A stretch of DNA of 64,000 bases from Treponema sp. (GTDB lineage Bacteria > Spirochaetota > Spirochaetia > Treponematales > Treponemataceae): the NCBI GenBank assembly GCA_024693045.1, contig JAILLQ010000038.1, positions 86,978-150,977 of the forward strand, read 5' to 3'. This document shows positions 9,772 through 19,096 of this stretch, piece after piece. A program made the position numbers and the translations under genes. Position 1 is the first letter of the stretch. Each line of letters begins with the position of its first letter. Under the pieces are notes generated by a model. It saw only the letters and a list, made by a program, of their open reading frames with translations. It searched no databases and was not told the origin of the DNA.

Positions 9772-10497
9772 ATGAAAAGACTTTCTCAAATTATAGCAAT
9801 CTTTCTGCTATCGGCTTTTTATATTTTTGCAGAAATGCCAGAGCAGAATGAAATACAATCCTATGAGCTTGCAAACCTCATGACAAAAATTACTGAAGTT
9901 ACCAAGCCTATTATAACCGATGACTGGATTATTTTTACAGCAAAATCTGACAGCCGTTTTACAGGAATTGTTTTTGATTTCGAAAACTACAATACTATTC
10001 ACTCATATCAAATACACAATGTCAGAGATATCGAAAACAATATAACTTCTTCTATTATGTTCCATGTTCAAAAAAGACCAGCTGATTTAACAGAAATCAA
10101 GTACAGGTTAATCATAGACGGTCTTTGGACTTATGACCCATATAACCCTGATATTTACTATGACAGTACCTCTGGAATAACACTTTCCCGGGTTAACATT
10201 GGAAGCACACTGCCAATTGTAACTAACACAAATGCTCAAAGCGGAACAAAGTTCATTTACAATGGCAAACCTGGAGAAAAAGTAAGATTAGGTGGAAGTT
10301 TTACAAACTGGGACAGCTGGATTTATGAAATGGAAGAAACTAAACCTGGATTTTATGAACTGGATTTACCACTGCCAAAAGGAAAGTATTACTACAACTA
10401 CTATATCGGAATGACAGCAATAACCGATAAAACTAATCCAAACAAGGCATACACAGAAGATGGAAGAAAGGCTTCTGTTATAACAATAGAAAATTAG
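9772..10497 (+). CDS. Exported glycogen-binding (CBM48/AMPK-beta-like) domain protein
   Basis: Signal peptide; YRLIIDGLWTYDPYNP and KVRLGGSFTNWD...LDLPLPKGKYYYNYYI CBM48-like motifs (two domains). Confidence 0.75.
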   Translation: MKRLSQIIAIFLLSAFYIFAEMPEQNEIQSYELANLMTKITEVTKPIITDDWIIFTAKSDSRFTGIVFDFENYNTIHSYQIHNVRDIENNITSSIMFHVQKRPADLTEIKYRLIIDGLWTYDPYNPDIYYDSTSGITLSRVNIGSTLPIVTNTNAQSGTKFIYNGKPGEKVRLGGSFTNWDSWIYEMEETKPGFYELDLPLPKGKYYYNYYIGMTAITDKTNPNKAYTEDGRKASVITIEN

Positions 10498-10498
10498 C

Positions 10499-10548
10499 AA
10501 AAAAAAGGTGGTTCCAGCTGCAACATAAAGCTGAACCACCTTTTTTTT
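10499..10548. terminator. Bidirectional rho-independent terminator
   Basis: A8-GGTGGTTCCAGCT...AGCTGAACCACC-T8 between convergent genes. Confidence 0.85.
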
Positions 10549-11932
10549 ATCTTCTGAACATTTTTGCCATGTCCTGAAGCTTGCTCATATCCATTCCCTG
10601 AAGGGCGCTGGCATCAAAGCCCATCTGGCTCATCATACGATTTTGAAGCCCCTTGTTTCGGGTAAGTTTTTTCATTGTAAGCTTTGTTTTTTCAAACTGC
10701 TTAATAAGTTTATTAACTTCAGCTACACTAGTTCCACTTCCGGCAGCAATTCTTTTGCGACGGCTAGGACCAATAATCAAATGATTGGCTCTTTCTTTTT
10801 TAGTCATTGAAAGAATTATAGCTTCCTGACTCTTCATACCGCTTAAATCAACATTTTGATTTGCCATACCTGGAATCATATCAACCAGGGACTGCATTGA
10901 ACCCATCTTCTTTACCTGCTGGAACTGTGAAAGCATATCATCCAAAGTGAATTCATTTTTCATCATCCGCTTCTGAAGTCTTTCAGCTTCTTCAGCATCT
11001 ACAGTTTCCTGAGCCTTTTCTACCAGGGAAACAACATCACCCATGCCAAGGATACGGCTTGCAATTCTATCTGCATGGAAAGGTTCAAAATCTTCTGTTT
11101 TTTCACCAGTACCAATAAAGAGAATTGGTTTTCCAGTAATAGTCTTTAATGAAAGGGCTGCACCACCACGGGCATCAGAGTCAAACTTAGTTAAAATAAC
11201 TCCGGTAAGTCCAAGTTCTTCATCAAAAGTTTTTGCAATATCAACAGCATTCTGACCGGTCATTGCATCTGCAACGAGCAGAACTTCATCTGGACTTACA
11301 CTTTTTTTGATTTTTACAAGTTCAGCCATCATATCTTCATCAATCTGAAGTCGACCGGCTGTATCAATAATCAAAGTATCGTACTGATTTTTTTTGGCGT
11401 ATTTAAGGGCTTCTTCTGCATTTTTTACAGCATCCTTAGAATTTTCCTTAAAAACAGGAACACCAATTTTTTCGCCTAAAACGGAAAGCTGTTCTACCGC
11501 TGCCGGACGAACAAGGTCACAAGCGGCAAGTAAAGGACGACGACCTTCTTTTTTAAGTCTTGCAGCAAGTTTATGAGCAGCAGTTGTTTTACCCGCCCCC
11601 TGAAGCCCAAGCATTAAAATTACACTTGTTACATCAGGTCCCCGCAAAGACAAAGAAGTCTTATTTTCGTCACCAAGCATAGTAACGATTTTGTCGTAAA
11701 TAATTTTAACAAACTGCTGACCTGGATCTACGGCTTTTAAAACCTTTTCACCTTTTGCTTCTTCAATTGTTGAGTTAACAAAGCGACGTACAACCCGAAG
11801 GTTTACATCAGCTTCAAGAAGAGCCATTTTAATCTGCTCAACAGTTTCTTCAATATTTTTTTCAGTGATAGTAGACTTTCCGCTCAAAGAACGAACAATT
11901 CCACTAAATGTTCCGGTAATTTTCTCAAGCAT
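10547..11932 (-). CDS. ffh: Signal recognition particle protein Ffh
   Basis: GLQGAGKTT, DTAGRLQ and TKFDSDARGG; M domain SMTKKER...SRRKRIAAGSG. Confidence 0.98.
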   Translation of the reverse strand: MLEKITGTFSGIVRSLSGKSTITEKNIEETVEQIKMALLEADVNLRVVRRFVNSTIEEAKGEKVLKAVDPGQQFVKIIYDKIVTMLGDENKTSLSLRGPDVTSVILMLGLQGAGKTTAAHKLAARLKKEGRRPLLAACDLVRPAAVEQLSVLGEKIGVPVFKENSKDAVKNAEEALKYAKKNQYDTLIIDTAGRLQIDEDMMAELVKIKKSVSPDEVLLVADAMTGQNAVDIAKTFDEELGLTGVILTKFDSDARGGAALSLKTITGKPILFIGTGEKTEDFEPFHADRIASRILGMGDVVSLVEKAQETVDAEEAERLQKRMMKNEFTLDDMLSQFQQVKKMGSMQSLVDMIPGMANQNVDLSGMKSQEAIILSMTKKERANHLIIGPSRRKRIAAGSGTSVAEVNKLIKQFEKTKLTMKKLTRNKGLQNRMMSQMGFDASALQGMDMSKLQDMAKMFRR

Positions 11933-12995
11933 TTATACTTTTTCCCATATCCATAAGTTCATCAAGGAAGTCTAAAGGACGAATTTCTTTGTTTAAGATT
12001 CTATAAAGGCCATCACAAATTGTTAAATGAAGACCCTTCTTTTCAGAAATTTCGTGAATATATTTGCAGGCAACAGCACCTTCGGGCAGGTATCCGATTT
12101 TTCCAATATTTGCGATTAAATCATCAAGATTTGAAAATTTCGAAAGTATATCAGTTTTGATAATATCCTGTCCAAAACGACGGTTTCTTCCGAACTTACT
12201 TTTACAAGTAACATCCAAGTCACCTACACCAGCAATAGAAGTAAATGTCTCTGAGTGAGTTGCACCCATAGCCATTCCTAAAATCTGGATTTCGTTTAAT
12301 CCTGCGGCAAGAAGCAGGGATTCTGTATTATCTCCGAAAATCTTTGAATGTTCTGCAACAGCATCAAGTGCACCATAAACTACAGCAACAACGTTTTTTG
12401 CAGCCGAACAAATCTGAACTCCAACTACATCAAAGCTGGAATAACAGAAAAGTCCTGGAACTCTCAAAAGTTCACGCACTTTAATCGAATTTTTTGGATT
12501 TTCGGATGCAGCAATAAGACCTGTTAGTTTACCCATAGCAACTTCTTCTGCATGGCTAGGTCCTGCTACATATACTGTATTGCCCTTATAAATTCCAGGC
12601 AAGGTATTTTCAATTGTTTCCAAAACAAGTTTTGGACCATCTTTACCAGGTACAAAACCCTTTGTTAGAGCAGCAAAAACAGAAGAGCCATCTGCTACGT
12701 TTGGAACTCCTGTTATCTGTCTGATTGTACTTGCGAGGTACAAAGAAGGTGAAGCTACAATGATAAATTCTTTGTCTGTGGCCACTTCTACAATATCATT
12801 CGAAACAGTTAGATTTGAGCTGAGTTTGTATCCTGGCAAATATCTTTTGTTTTCATGCTCGTTATTTACAGATTCTTTTACTTCAGGCTCTAATGCCCAC
12901 ATCTGTACTTTATGTCCACCATTAGCAAGTGCTTGTGCAAGACCTGTACCCCAGGCTCCTCCACCAAGAACACCAATTGACTTAGATTTCATCAT
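11925..12995 (-). CDS. gpsA: NAD(P)H-dependent glycerol-3-phosphate dehydrogenase
   Basis: GGGAWGTGLA, GPSHAEEV and GVGDLDVTC...RNRRFG. Confidence 0.95.
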   Translation of the reverse strand: MMKSKSIGVLGGGAWGTGLAQALANGGHKVQMWALEPEVKESVNNEHENKRYLPGYKLSSNLTVSNDIVEVATDKEFIIVASPSLYLASTIRQITGVPNVADGSSVFAALTKGFVPGKDGPKLVLETIENTLPGIYKGNTVYVAGPSHAEEVAMGKLTGLIAASENPKNSIKVRELLRVPGLFCYSSFDVVGVQICSAAKNVVAVVYGALDAVAEHSKIFGDNTESLLLAAGLNEIQILGMAMGATHSETFTSIAGVGDLDVTCKSKFGRNRRFGQDIIKTDILSKFSNLDDLIANIGKIGYLPEGAVACKYIHEISEKKGLHLTICDGLYRILNKEIRPLDFLDELMDMGKSINA

Positions 12996-13015
12996 TATAC
13001 CTTCTTTTTGAAAAA

Positions 13016-13459
13016 TTATATCCAGTCTTTAAGGCTGTCGTCCCAGTCGAAAATTTCCTCATCTTTAAAGAAAAGACCAATTTCTCTCTTTGCGCTTTCA
13101 TCACTGTCAGAAGCGTGAATTACATTGAAATTTGTGTGTGCACAAAAATCACCGCGAATAGTTCCTGGCATTGCATCAGCAGGATTTGTAGCACCTACAA
13201 TTTTGCGAACCAAAGTTACGCAGTTATCGCCTTCCCATACCATTGCGATTACAGGAGCAGAAGTAATATAGCTGCAAAGATCATTGAAAAATGATTTTCC
13301 TTCGTGCTCAGCATAGTGATTTGATGCAAGTTCTGGAGTAATCTGCATCATTTTCAAACCAACAAGTCTCAATCCCTTTCTTTCAAGACGATTGATAACT
13401 TCACCAACAATCCGGCGATTTACTACACCCGGTTTTAACATTGCAAAACATCTTGTCAT
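13016..13459 (-). CDS. ndk: Nucleoside diphosphate kinase
   Basis: Start moved to MTRCFAMLKPG; PGTIRGDF...NVIHASDS with the catalytic His. Confidence 0.97.
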   Translation of the reverse strand: MTRCFAMLKPGVVNRRIVGEVINRLERKGLRLVGLKMMQITPELASNHYAEHEGKSFFNDLCSYITSAPVIAMVWEGDNCVTLVRKIVGATNPADAMPGTIRGDFCAHTNFNVIHASDSDESAKREIGLFFKDEEIFDWDDSLKDWI

Positions 13460-13468
13460 AATTAGCAA

Positions 13469-13497
13469 ATTATATATGAATAAAGTATCTCTTTCAA
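13469..13497 (-). promoter_or_regulatory. sigma70 promoter of ndk
   Basis: TTGAAA-17-TATAAT, then 9 nt to ATG; no SD. Confidence 0.7.
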
Positions 13498-13526
13498 TAT
13501 TGAGAAATTCCAAATCGGGAAAATAC

Positions 13527-14759
13527 TTAATCAAGATTTCGGCGGTCAAGTTCTGTTTGAGCCACTTTTAAGCCTTCTTCAACCGAAACTTCACCATCAA
13601 AAATCATGCGCATTCTTCTACCTAAAATTGAATAAAACTCATTCCAGCGAACCATAACAGGTCTATAAACTCCGCTTTCAAGGGCATCGCAAACAACCTT
13701 GTATTCAGGGTACTGCTTTAATATTTCAGGGTCATCTCTTAAACATGAATAGCGACATGGAACACCACCTTTGGAAATTGATTTCTTCTGGTTATTGGCA
13801 TCCATCAAAAATTCCAAAAGTTTTTCTCCATATTCTTTATGACCACTGTTTGCAGGAACCCCGATTCCCCAAACACCATAAATATTTGAATTGTGACGAA
13901 CTCCATCTTTTGTTAAACGACCTGTAAGAGCTACATAATCCATTGAAGAATTTCTTGTAGGTGTATACCAGCCAGGCCATCCAATACACATAGTTCCAGA
14001 TTTATTTCCGATTGCGGCAATTACATCTTCTTTAGCGGCAGCCCGTCCAGTTTCTATAAGTTCAAGGTATATTTCCATGGCCTGCTTGAATTCGGGAGTA
14101 TCAACAGTTGGATTATTATCCTTATCAACAACCCAACCTCCACAGGAAAGAAGAATCGGTAAAAAATCTACAACAATATTATTTTCAGTATCTCCACGAT
14201 ACATAAATCCAAAATTACGCCTTTTTTTAGAAAAGCGACAAACTTCCAGCAAATCTTCAATTGACTTCATTTCTTCTGTAGACGAACCAGCTTCTTCAAC
14301 AAGAATCTTGTTGTACAACAAAACTGTAACGTTTCCATAAAATGGCGCCAGGTACAACCCATCTTTGTAATAGCAGACAGACTTAGTCGCAGGAATTATG
14401 TCTTCATCCAGACTATAACCGTATTGTGTTAGTTCTGCCAAAATACCTTTTGATGTATATTCAGCCATCCATGAAGAATCGACCATACAAAAATCGTAGG
14501 CGCCAACTTCTGAGGCTGCATCTTTTACTACATTTCTTCGTAAATCTTCTTCTGACAATTCAACTACAGTACATCGAACATTGTAGAGGCGTTCAAATTC
14601 CGGTACAAACTTTTTAACAACATCTGCATAAGTCCCTGCTCTAAGAGCCAGATTCAATGTAACTGTTGGTTTTGTAACATTTTTTGCTTTAAATTTAGAA
14701 CATGAGCAAAATAGAGATAACAAAATTAATAAAGGTAATATCGTAAGTAATTTTTTCAT
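13527..14759 (-). CDS. Sugar-type extracellular solute-binding lipoprotein (SBP family 1)
   Basis: Lipobox SLFCSC; YDFCMVDSSW, APFYGNVTVLLYNK and WPGW features of carbohydrate SBPs. No adjacent permease or ATPase. Confidence 0.85.
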   Translation of the reverse strand: MKKLLTILPLLILLSLFCSCSKFKAKNVTKPTVTLNLALRAGTYADVVKKFVPEFERLYNVRCTVVELSEEDLRRNVVKDAASEVGAYDFCMVDSSWMAEYTSKGILAELTQYGYSLDEDIIPATKSVCYYKDGLYLAPFYGNVTVLLYNKILVEEAGSSTEEMKSIEDLLEVCRFSKKRRNFGFMYRGDTENNIVVDFLPILLSCGGWVVDKDNNPTVDTPEFKQAMEIYLELIETGRAAAKEDVIAAIGNKSGTMCIGWPGWYTPTRNSSMDYVALTGRLTKDGVRHNSNIYGVWGIGVPANSGHKEYGEKLLEFLMDANNQKKSISKGGVPCRYSCLRDDPEILKQYPEYKVVCDALESGVYRPVMVRWNEFYSILGRRMRMIFDGEVSVEEGLKVAQTELDRRNLD

Positions 14760-14776
14760 AGTCTTCTCCTTATTAA

Positions 14777-15697
14777 CTATCTGAAGTTTTCTTTTCCATA
14801 TTTTTCCATTCTAAGCCTTACTTCATTAAGGCATTTTTCAACCTTTTCTTCAGGAATTTTATTAAATAAATCAACCAGATTAGAATCTAACTGACTTCCC
14901 TTGGAAAGATTTAATTCGGTAAGCGCTTCCTGGTAACTTTTGCTGGACTTATAATTTCTATTCATTGTAATAGCAGAATAAGTATCTGCGACAGCTATTA
15001 TTCTTGAAGCCAAAGGAATTTCTGCTCCCTTCAATTTATAATAACCGCTTCCATCTACTCTTTCATGATGGTACTGAATCCATTTGCCAACCTGCTCAAA
15101 AGAAGGTATATCCTGAAGAATCATCGAACCGATAATTGGGTGACGACGAATGAATTCCCATTCAGAAGTTTCAAGTTTACCTTTCTTGTCGATAATCGAA
15201 CGAGGGACACCTAATTTTCCAACATCAAAAAGTAAAGAGGCGTACTTTAAACTGTCTGCGTTCAAAAAGATTTTTTTTCGTAACGGCAGATTTTCATAGA
15301 TAAGCATGGACAATTCCGTTACATATAGAGAATGTCCGTCAAGATTAGCATCTCCGGCTTCGATTACGCCAATCAAAATCCTTACTAATTCCTGAGTCCT
15401 TGTTTTAATCAACTTGGAACGAGAAAAAATACCAAAAGAAAATAAAGTAAACATTAAAGTTGCAGTAAAAATAGAAAGCCCGATTATGTAATCTACATAG
15501 TGAGAGGAATAAATATTGAAATAAAATATTTCACAAAGAACCATCATCACTAAAACTAAGATAGTAAAAGGTATTCTCTGCAAGGTAGTTTTCGACATAA
15601 CATCAGCATAAACAACAGTTGATACTATGTAATGTAAAATATTCAAAAACATTATGACGATTGATATAAGAATCAAAATTTGTGAAATGTGAATCAT
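14777..15697 (-). CDS. Membrane HD-GYP domain protein with a degenerate HD motif
   Basis: Three N-terminal TMs; GHSLYV, LLFDVGK (canonical LLHDIGK), HHERVDGSGYY and RIIAVADTY. Confidence 0.85.
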   Translation of the reverse strand: MIHISQILILISIVIMFLNILHYIVSTVVYADVMSKTTLQRIPFTILVLVMMVLCEIFYFNIYSSHYVDYIIGLSIFTATLMFTLFSFGIFSRSKLIKTRTQELVRILIGVIEAGDANLDGHSLYVTELSMLIYENLPLRKKIFLNADSLKYASLLFDVGKLGVPRSIIDKKGKLETSEWEFIRRHPIIGSMILQDIPSFEQVGKWIQYHHERVDGSGYYKLKGAEIPLASRIIAVADTYSAITMNRNYKSSKSYQEALTELNLSKGSQLDSNLVDLFNKIPEEKVEKCLNEVRLRMEKYGKENFR

Positions 15698-16863
15698 TTT
15701 TCGTCTCCTGAAAGTCCATCTTCAAAAAAATGAATCTGGTTTTTCCCAGCCCGTTTTGACTCATAAAGAGCCGCATCAGCTCTTGTATAAGCAGTATCTA
15801 CATCAAACTCTCCAGATTTTATTTCAGTAACTCCCAAAGAAGCCTGAATTCCCGATAATTCACCAACATTTACAGAATTAAGCGATTTAAGAATCTCTTC
15901 TAGAAAAGACAAAGCCCCTTCTCTATCTTTTAGACCGTTCAGCAAAATTATAAATTCATCACCGCCCAAACGGCCTGCAACATCTCCATGAGTTTTAAAA
16001 TCCCATTTACTCATCAAACTTTTGTCATATTTATCAAGTTTTAAGCTTTTAAGAAGAGTTTTTCCTGTAACCTGAATGGCTTTATCTCCCATTTGATGAC
16101 CATAAGTATCATTAATTTGCTTAAAGCCGTCCAAATCAAATAGACACAGGACCTTGTATTTATCTGGCTGCTTTATCAAGATTTTTTCTGCAATAGAAAA
16201 GAATGAGCCTCTATTCAAAAGACCTGAAAGAGAGTCAAAACTACTTTTGATTTCCAATTCATTTTGAATACGAAGATTTTGTTTATACAGAACAAATTGA
16301 GAAAGTCTATTTTTCTGGAACATGTAATGAAGGCCAAGTGCTAATGTAACAACTACGACAAGGTTATAAGTATCATTATATGCGATAGAAAAAGTTTTAT
16401 ATCGATACGAGCAGTATAAAAAGATTCCGCTAGAAAGCAAAATTACAAAGCCTATTCGCCACATCGTATGAATATACATGAGTGAAATCAAAGTGATAAA
16501 AATCATGTATATTACAGCAGGCATATAAGGATGAGCAACAGAAACAAGTATTCCATAAGAAAGCAGAATAGCAATGCTAGTGTAAAGCATTATGTAGTCA
16601 TATTTTTCAGAAAACTTTTTAAAAATTACTAATACAGAAGTGAAAAGTACTGATAGAAAAAAATAAATAGTGTAAAAAATAATTCTTTCCTGGGTTACGC
16701 CGAATAGGTTCATTCCAGAAAAGACCACATAGCACAATACCATAATAGAAAACCACAAATTGAGCAAAAGAATCTGATGTCGGTTTGCACTGGCGACCAT
16801 ACTTCTAACGCTCTTATATGAGTCTTTATCATATCCATAATAGTCAAAGGATTTAAATTGCAT
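15694..16863 (-). CDS. Membrane-bound diguanylate cyclase (GGDEF)
   Basis: About 6 TMs; DSLSGLLNR, DLDGFKQINDTYGHQMGD, RLGGDEF and ADAALYESKRAGKN. No RxxD I-site. Confidence 0.9.
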   Translation of the reverse strand: MQFKSFDYYGYDKDSYKSVRSMVASANRHQILLLNLWFSIMVLCYVVFSGMNLFGVTQERIIFYTIYFFLSVLFTSVLVIFKKFSEKYDYIMLYTSIAILLSYGILVSVAHPYMPAVIYMIFITLISLMYIHTMWRIGFVILLSSGIFLYCSYRYKTFSIAYNDTYNLVVVVTLALGLHYMFQKNRLSQFVLYKQNLRIQNELEIKSSFDSLSGLLNRGSFFSIAEKILIKQPDKYKVLCLFDLDGFKQINDTYGHQMGDKAIQVTGKTLLKSLKLDKYDKSLMSKWDFKTHGDVAGRLGGDEFIILLNGLKDREGALSFLEEILKSLNSVNVGELSGIQASLGVTEIKSGEFDVDTAYTRADAALYESKRAGKNQIHFFEDGLSGDEK

Positions 16864-16924
16864 ACTCTATCTTCCAATTCCTTATAAGGACTATTATAAA
16901 CTCTATTTTGCTATTTTGAAATTT

Positions 16925-17779
16925 TTATTTTATTTTTTTTAACCGCTTAACAACTGCCTGTATAACGGAATCGGGTGTACTGGCTCCAGCTGTAATACCA
17001 ACTTTTTCAAGAGAGAAAAAACTTTCTGGAATTTCATCAGCTCTTTCTATAAGAGCAGCATTCTTGCAATTATTTTCTGCAATTTGCAGAAGGCGCTTTG
17101 TATTGGCAGAATTCTTTCCACCAACAACAAGAATTCCATCAACCTTTGGACATAAATTCTGAAGGGCGTCCTGACGTTCCTTTGTAGCAGAGCAGATTGT
17201 ATTCAATACTTTTAGATTTTTGATTTTTTGCGAAAGAATTTCTGCGATTCCATTAAATTCTTCTTTGCTGAAGGTTGTCTGGCTCAAGAGTATTGCACTC
17301 TCACTTTCTGGAAAATTATTAATTTCACTGGCTTCCTGACAGTTTTCTACAAGAATAAACTTTTTTCCAGCATATCCTGCAATACCTACAACTTCTCCAT
17401 GATTTCTATCACCAGCAAGAATTACAGTATACCCTAGAGCAGCATACTTTGCTGCATTCTTTTGGCTGGCCAATACCTTTGGACAAGTAGCATTTACCAG
17501 CTTGCATTTTTTTTCTTCAACCTTTGCTAAAGTTTCAGGAGGAACCCCATGAGCCCGTATTATAACACGGCTTCCTTCCTGAAGAGAATCAATTTCATTT
17601 TCCTTAAGAACACTTAAACCTTTGCTTGAAAGCATATCCAACGCAACCTGATTGTGTATAAGGGGACCAAGAGAAAAAACTTTTGACTGACCATCACTTT
17701 CTAGAGTCAACATAGCAGTATCAACAGCTCGACGAACTCCAAAACAATAGCCCAAAACATCAGCAAGGATAACTTCCAT
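16925..17779 (-). CDS. ispH: 4-hydroxy-3-methylbut-2-enyl diphosphate reductase
   Basis: Start moved to MEVILA; GYCFGVRRA, LIHN, IRAHG, NATCPKV, TICSATKERQ, GGKNSANT and GITAGASTP. Confidence 0.96.
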   Translation of the reverse strand: MEVILADVLGYCFGVRRAVDTAMLTLESDGQSKVFSLGPLIHNQVALDMLSSKGLSVLKENEIDSLQEGSRVIIRAHGVPPETLAKVEEKKCKLVNATCPKVLASQKNAAKYAALGYTVILAGDRNHGEVVGIAGYAGKKFILVENCQEASEINNFPESESAILLSQTTFSKEEFNGIAEILSQKIKNLKVLNTICSATKERQDALQNLCPKVDGILVVGGKNSANTKRLLQIAENNCKNAALIERADEIPESFFSLEKVGITAGASTPDSVIQAVVKRLKKIK

Positions 17780-17806
17780 AATTAAAATATACAACGAGGA
17801 AGAAAT

Positions 17807-17836
17807 AAAAAAAAGACCCGGCATAAAAACCGGGCC
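17807..17836 (-). terminator. Terminator of yajC-secD-secF
   Basis: Minus strand GGCCCGG-tttttatg-CCGGGTC followed by T8. Confidence 0.8.
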
Positions 17837-17866
17837 TTACGTCATGTTTATGTTATCGGCTTACAA

Positions 17867-19096
17867 TTATACTGTAACGCCAGAATCCATTTGAAGAACA
17901 CCAACATCAGTCTTTAATGAATGGTGAATTCCATATTCCTGTTTCCAGTTTTTGCGGAACAAAGAAATAAATCCACTAGAAATAAAGAGAGATGAGTAAC
18001 ATCCGCTTACAAGACCAACCATCAAAGCTAATGCAAAGTCCTTGATAGAACCTGTTGTAAATACATAAAGGGAAATTACAGCAAACAATGTTGTTACAGT
18101 TGTAATGATAGAACGTCCCAATGTATCAGAAAGTGAGCGGTCAAGAAGCTGATTAAAATTGTCTACTTTCTTCAAACGAAGATTTGAACGAACGCGGTCA
18201 AGAATTACAACAGTATCGTTGATTGAGTAACCTACGATTGTAAGAACAGCTGCAAGAACAGTTGTTGTAAATTCCATGCGTGTCCAAACGATGAATGCAA
18301 ACATAATCAAAGCGTCATGAAGCAAAGCGATAATTGCACCAAGAGCGAAGTCCCAGTGGAAGCGAATTGCTGCATAAAACCAAATCAAAGCGATTGTTAC
18401 AATAAGAAGAATGACAGATTTTTTTGCAAGTGATTTAGAAAAGTTTGAACCGATAAAATCAGTTTTTACGATTGCAATTTTTTCTTCTCCAAATGCAGCT
18501 CCCAAAGTATCTGTTACGGAATTCTGAAGATTCATATTTGTTTCTTCTTCTGTTGCTGCCATACGAATCTGGTATCCCTGGTCACCAAGAGCTTTTACAG
18601 AAATACCTGACAAAGAAGAAAGTGCTTCACGAACTTGTTCTACGGATGTATCTTCATTACCGGCATAGATGTAAAGTGGATTTTTTGAAAGAACTGTTGT
18701 TACAGCTGAATTCAAGAAAATCTTAGAAGATGCTTCAGCACCATCATTTTTCAAAACAACTTTTACACCATTTACATTGATAGCATTTACCAAATCTTTA
18801 ACTGTTGCATAATCAGCATAAGCATATGAAACAGTTTCGTTTTCTGCTCCAGTACCACTGATTACAAAATCAAGACCAGTTTTATAAGAATCAACAGTTA
18901 CTTTTGCAGTTCCGTTATAAGTAAGTTCTGCAACTGCTGGAGCGATACGAATTTCTTCGATAAGACCAGGCTTAAAATCGATACCAAAGTTAATTCCTTT
19001 AGTAACAAGACCTACGATACCAAAAATAATGATTGCAAGGCTTACAATACCACATGGCAAAAAAGCTTTGCTAAACTGATGGAGTTTCTTTTCCAT
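17867..19096 (-). CDS. secF: Protein translocase subunit SecF
   Basis: GINFGIDFKPG, HDA, GYSINDTVVILDRVR and GLVSGCYSSLFI. Confidence 0.97.
   Translation of the reverse strand: MEKKLHQFSKAFLPCGIVSLAIIIFGIVGLVTKGINFGIDFKPGLIEEIRIAPAVAELTYNGTAKVTVDSYKTGLDFVISGTGAENETVSYAYADYATVKDLVNAINVNGVKVVLKNDGAEASSKIFLNSAVTTVLSKNPLYIYAGNEDTSVEQVREALSSLSGISVKALGDQGYQIRMAATEEETNMNLQNSVTDTLGAAFGEEKIAIVKTDFIGSNFSKSLAKKSVILLIVTIALIWFYAAIRFHWDFALGAIIALLHDALIMFAFIVWTRMEFTTTVLAAVLTIVGYSINDTVVILDRVRSNLRLKKVDNFNQLLDRSLSDTLGRSIITTVTTLFAVISLYVFTTGSIKDFALALMVGLVSGCYSSLFISSGFISLFRKNWKQEYGIHHSLKTDVGVLQMDSGVTV

Noticed and set aside
17837-17860. Minus-strand GCCGATAA followed 7 nt later by ATG-ACG-TAA
   Set aside because: No -35 match, and it lies between the secF stop and its terminator; most likely chance.
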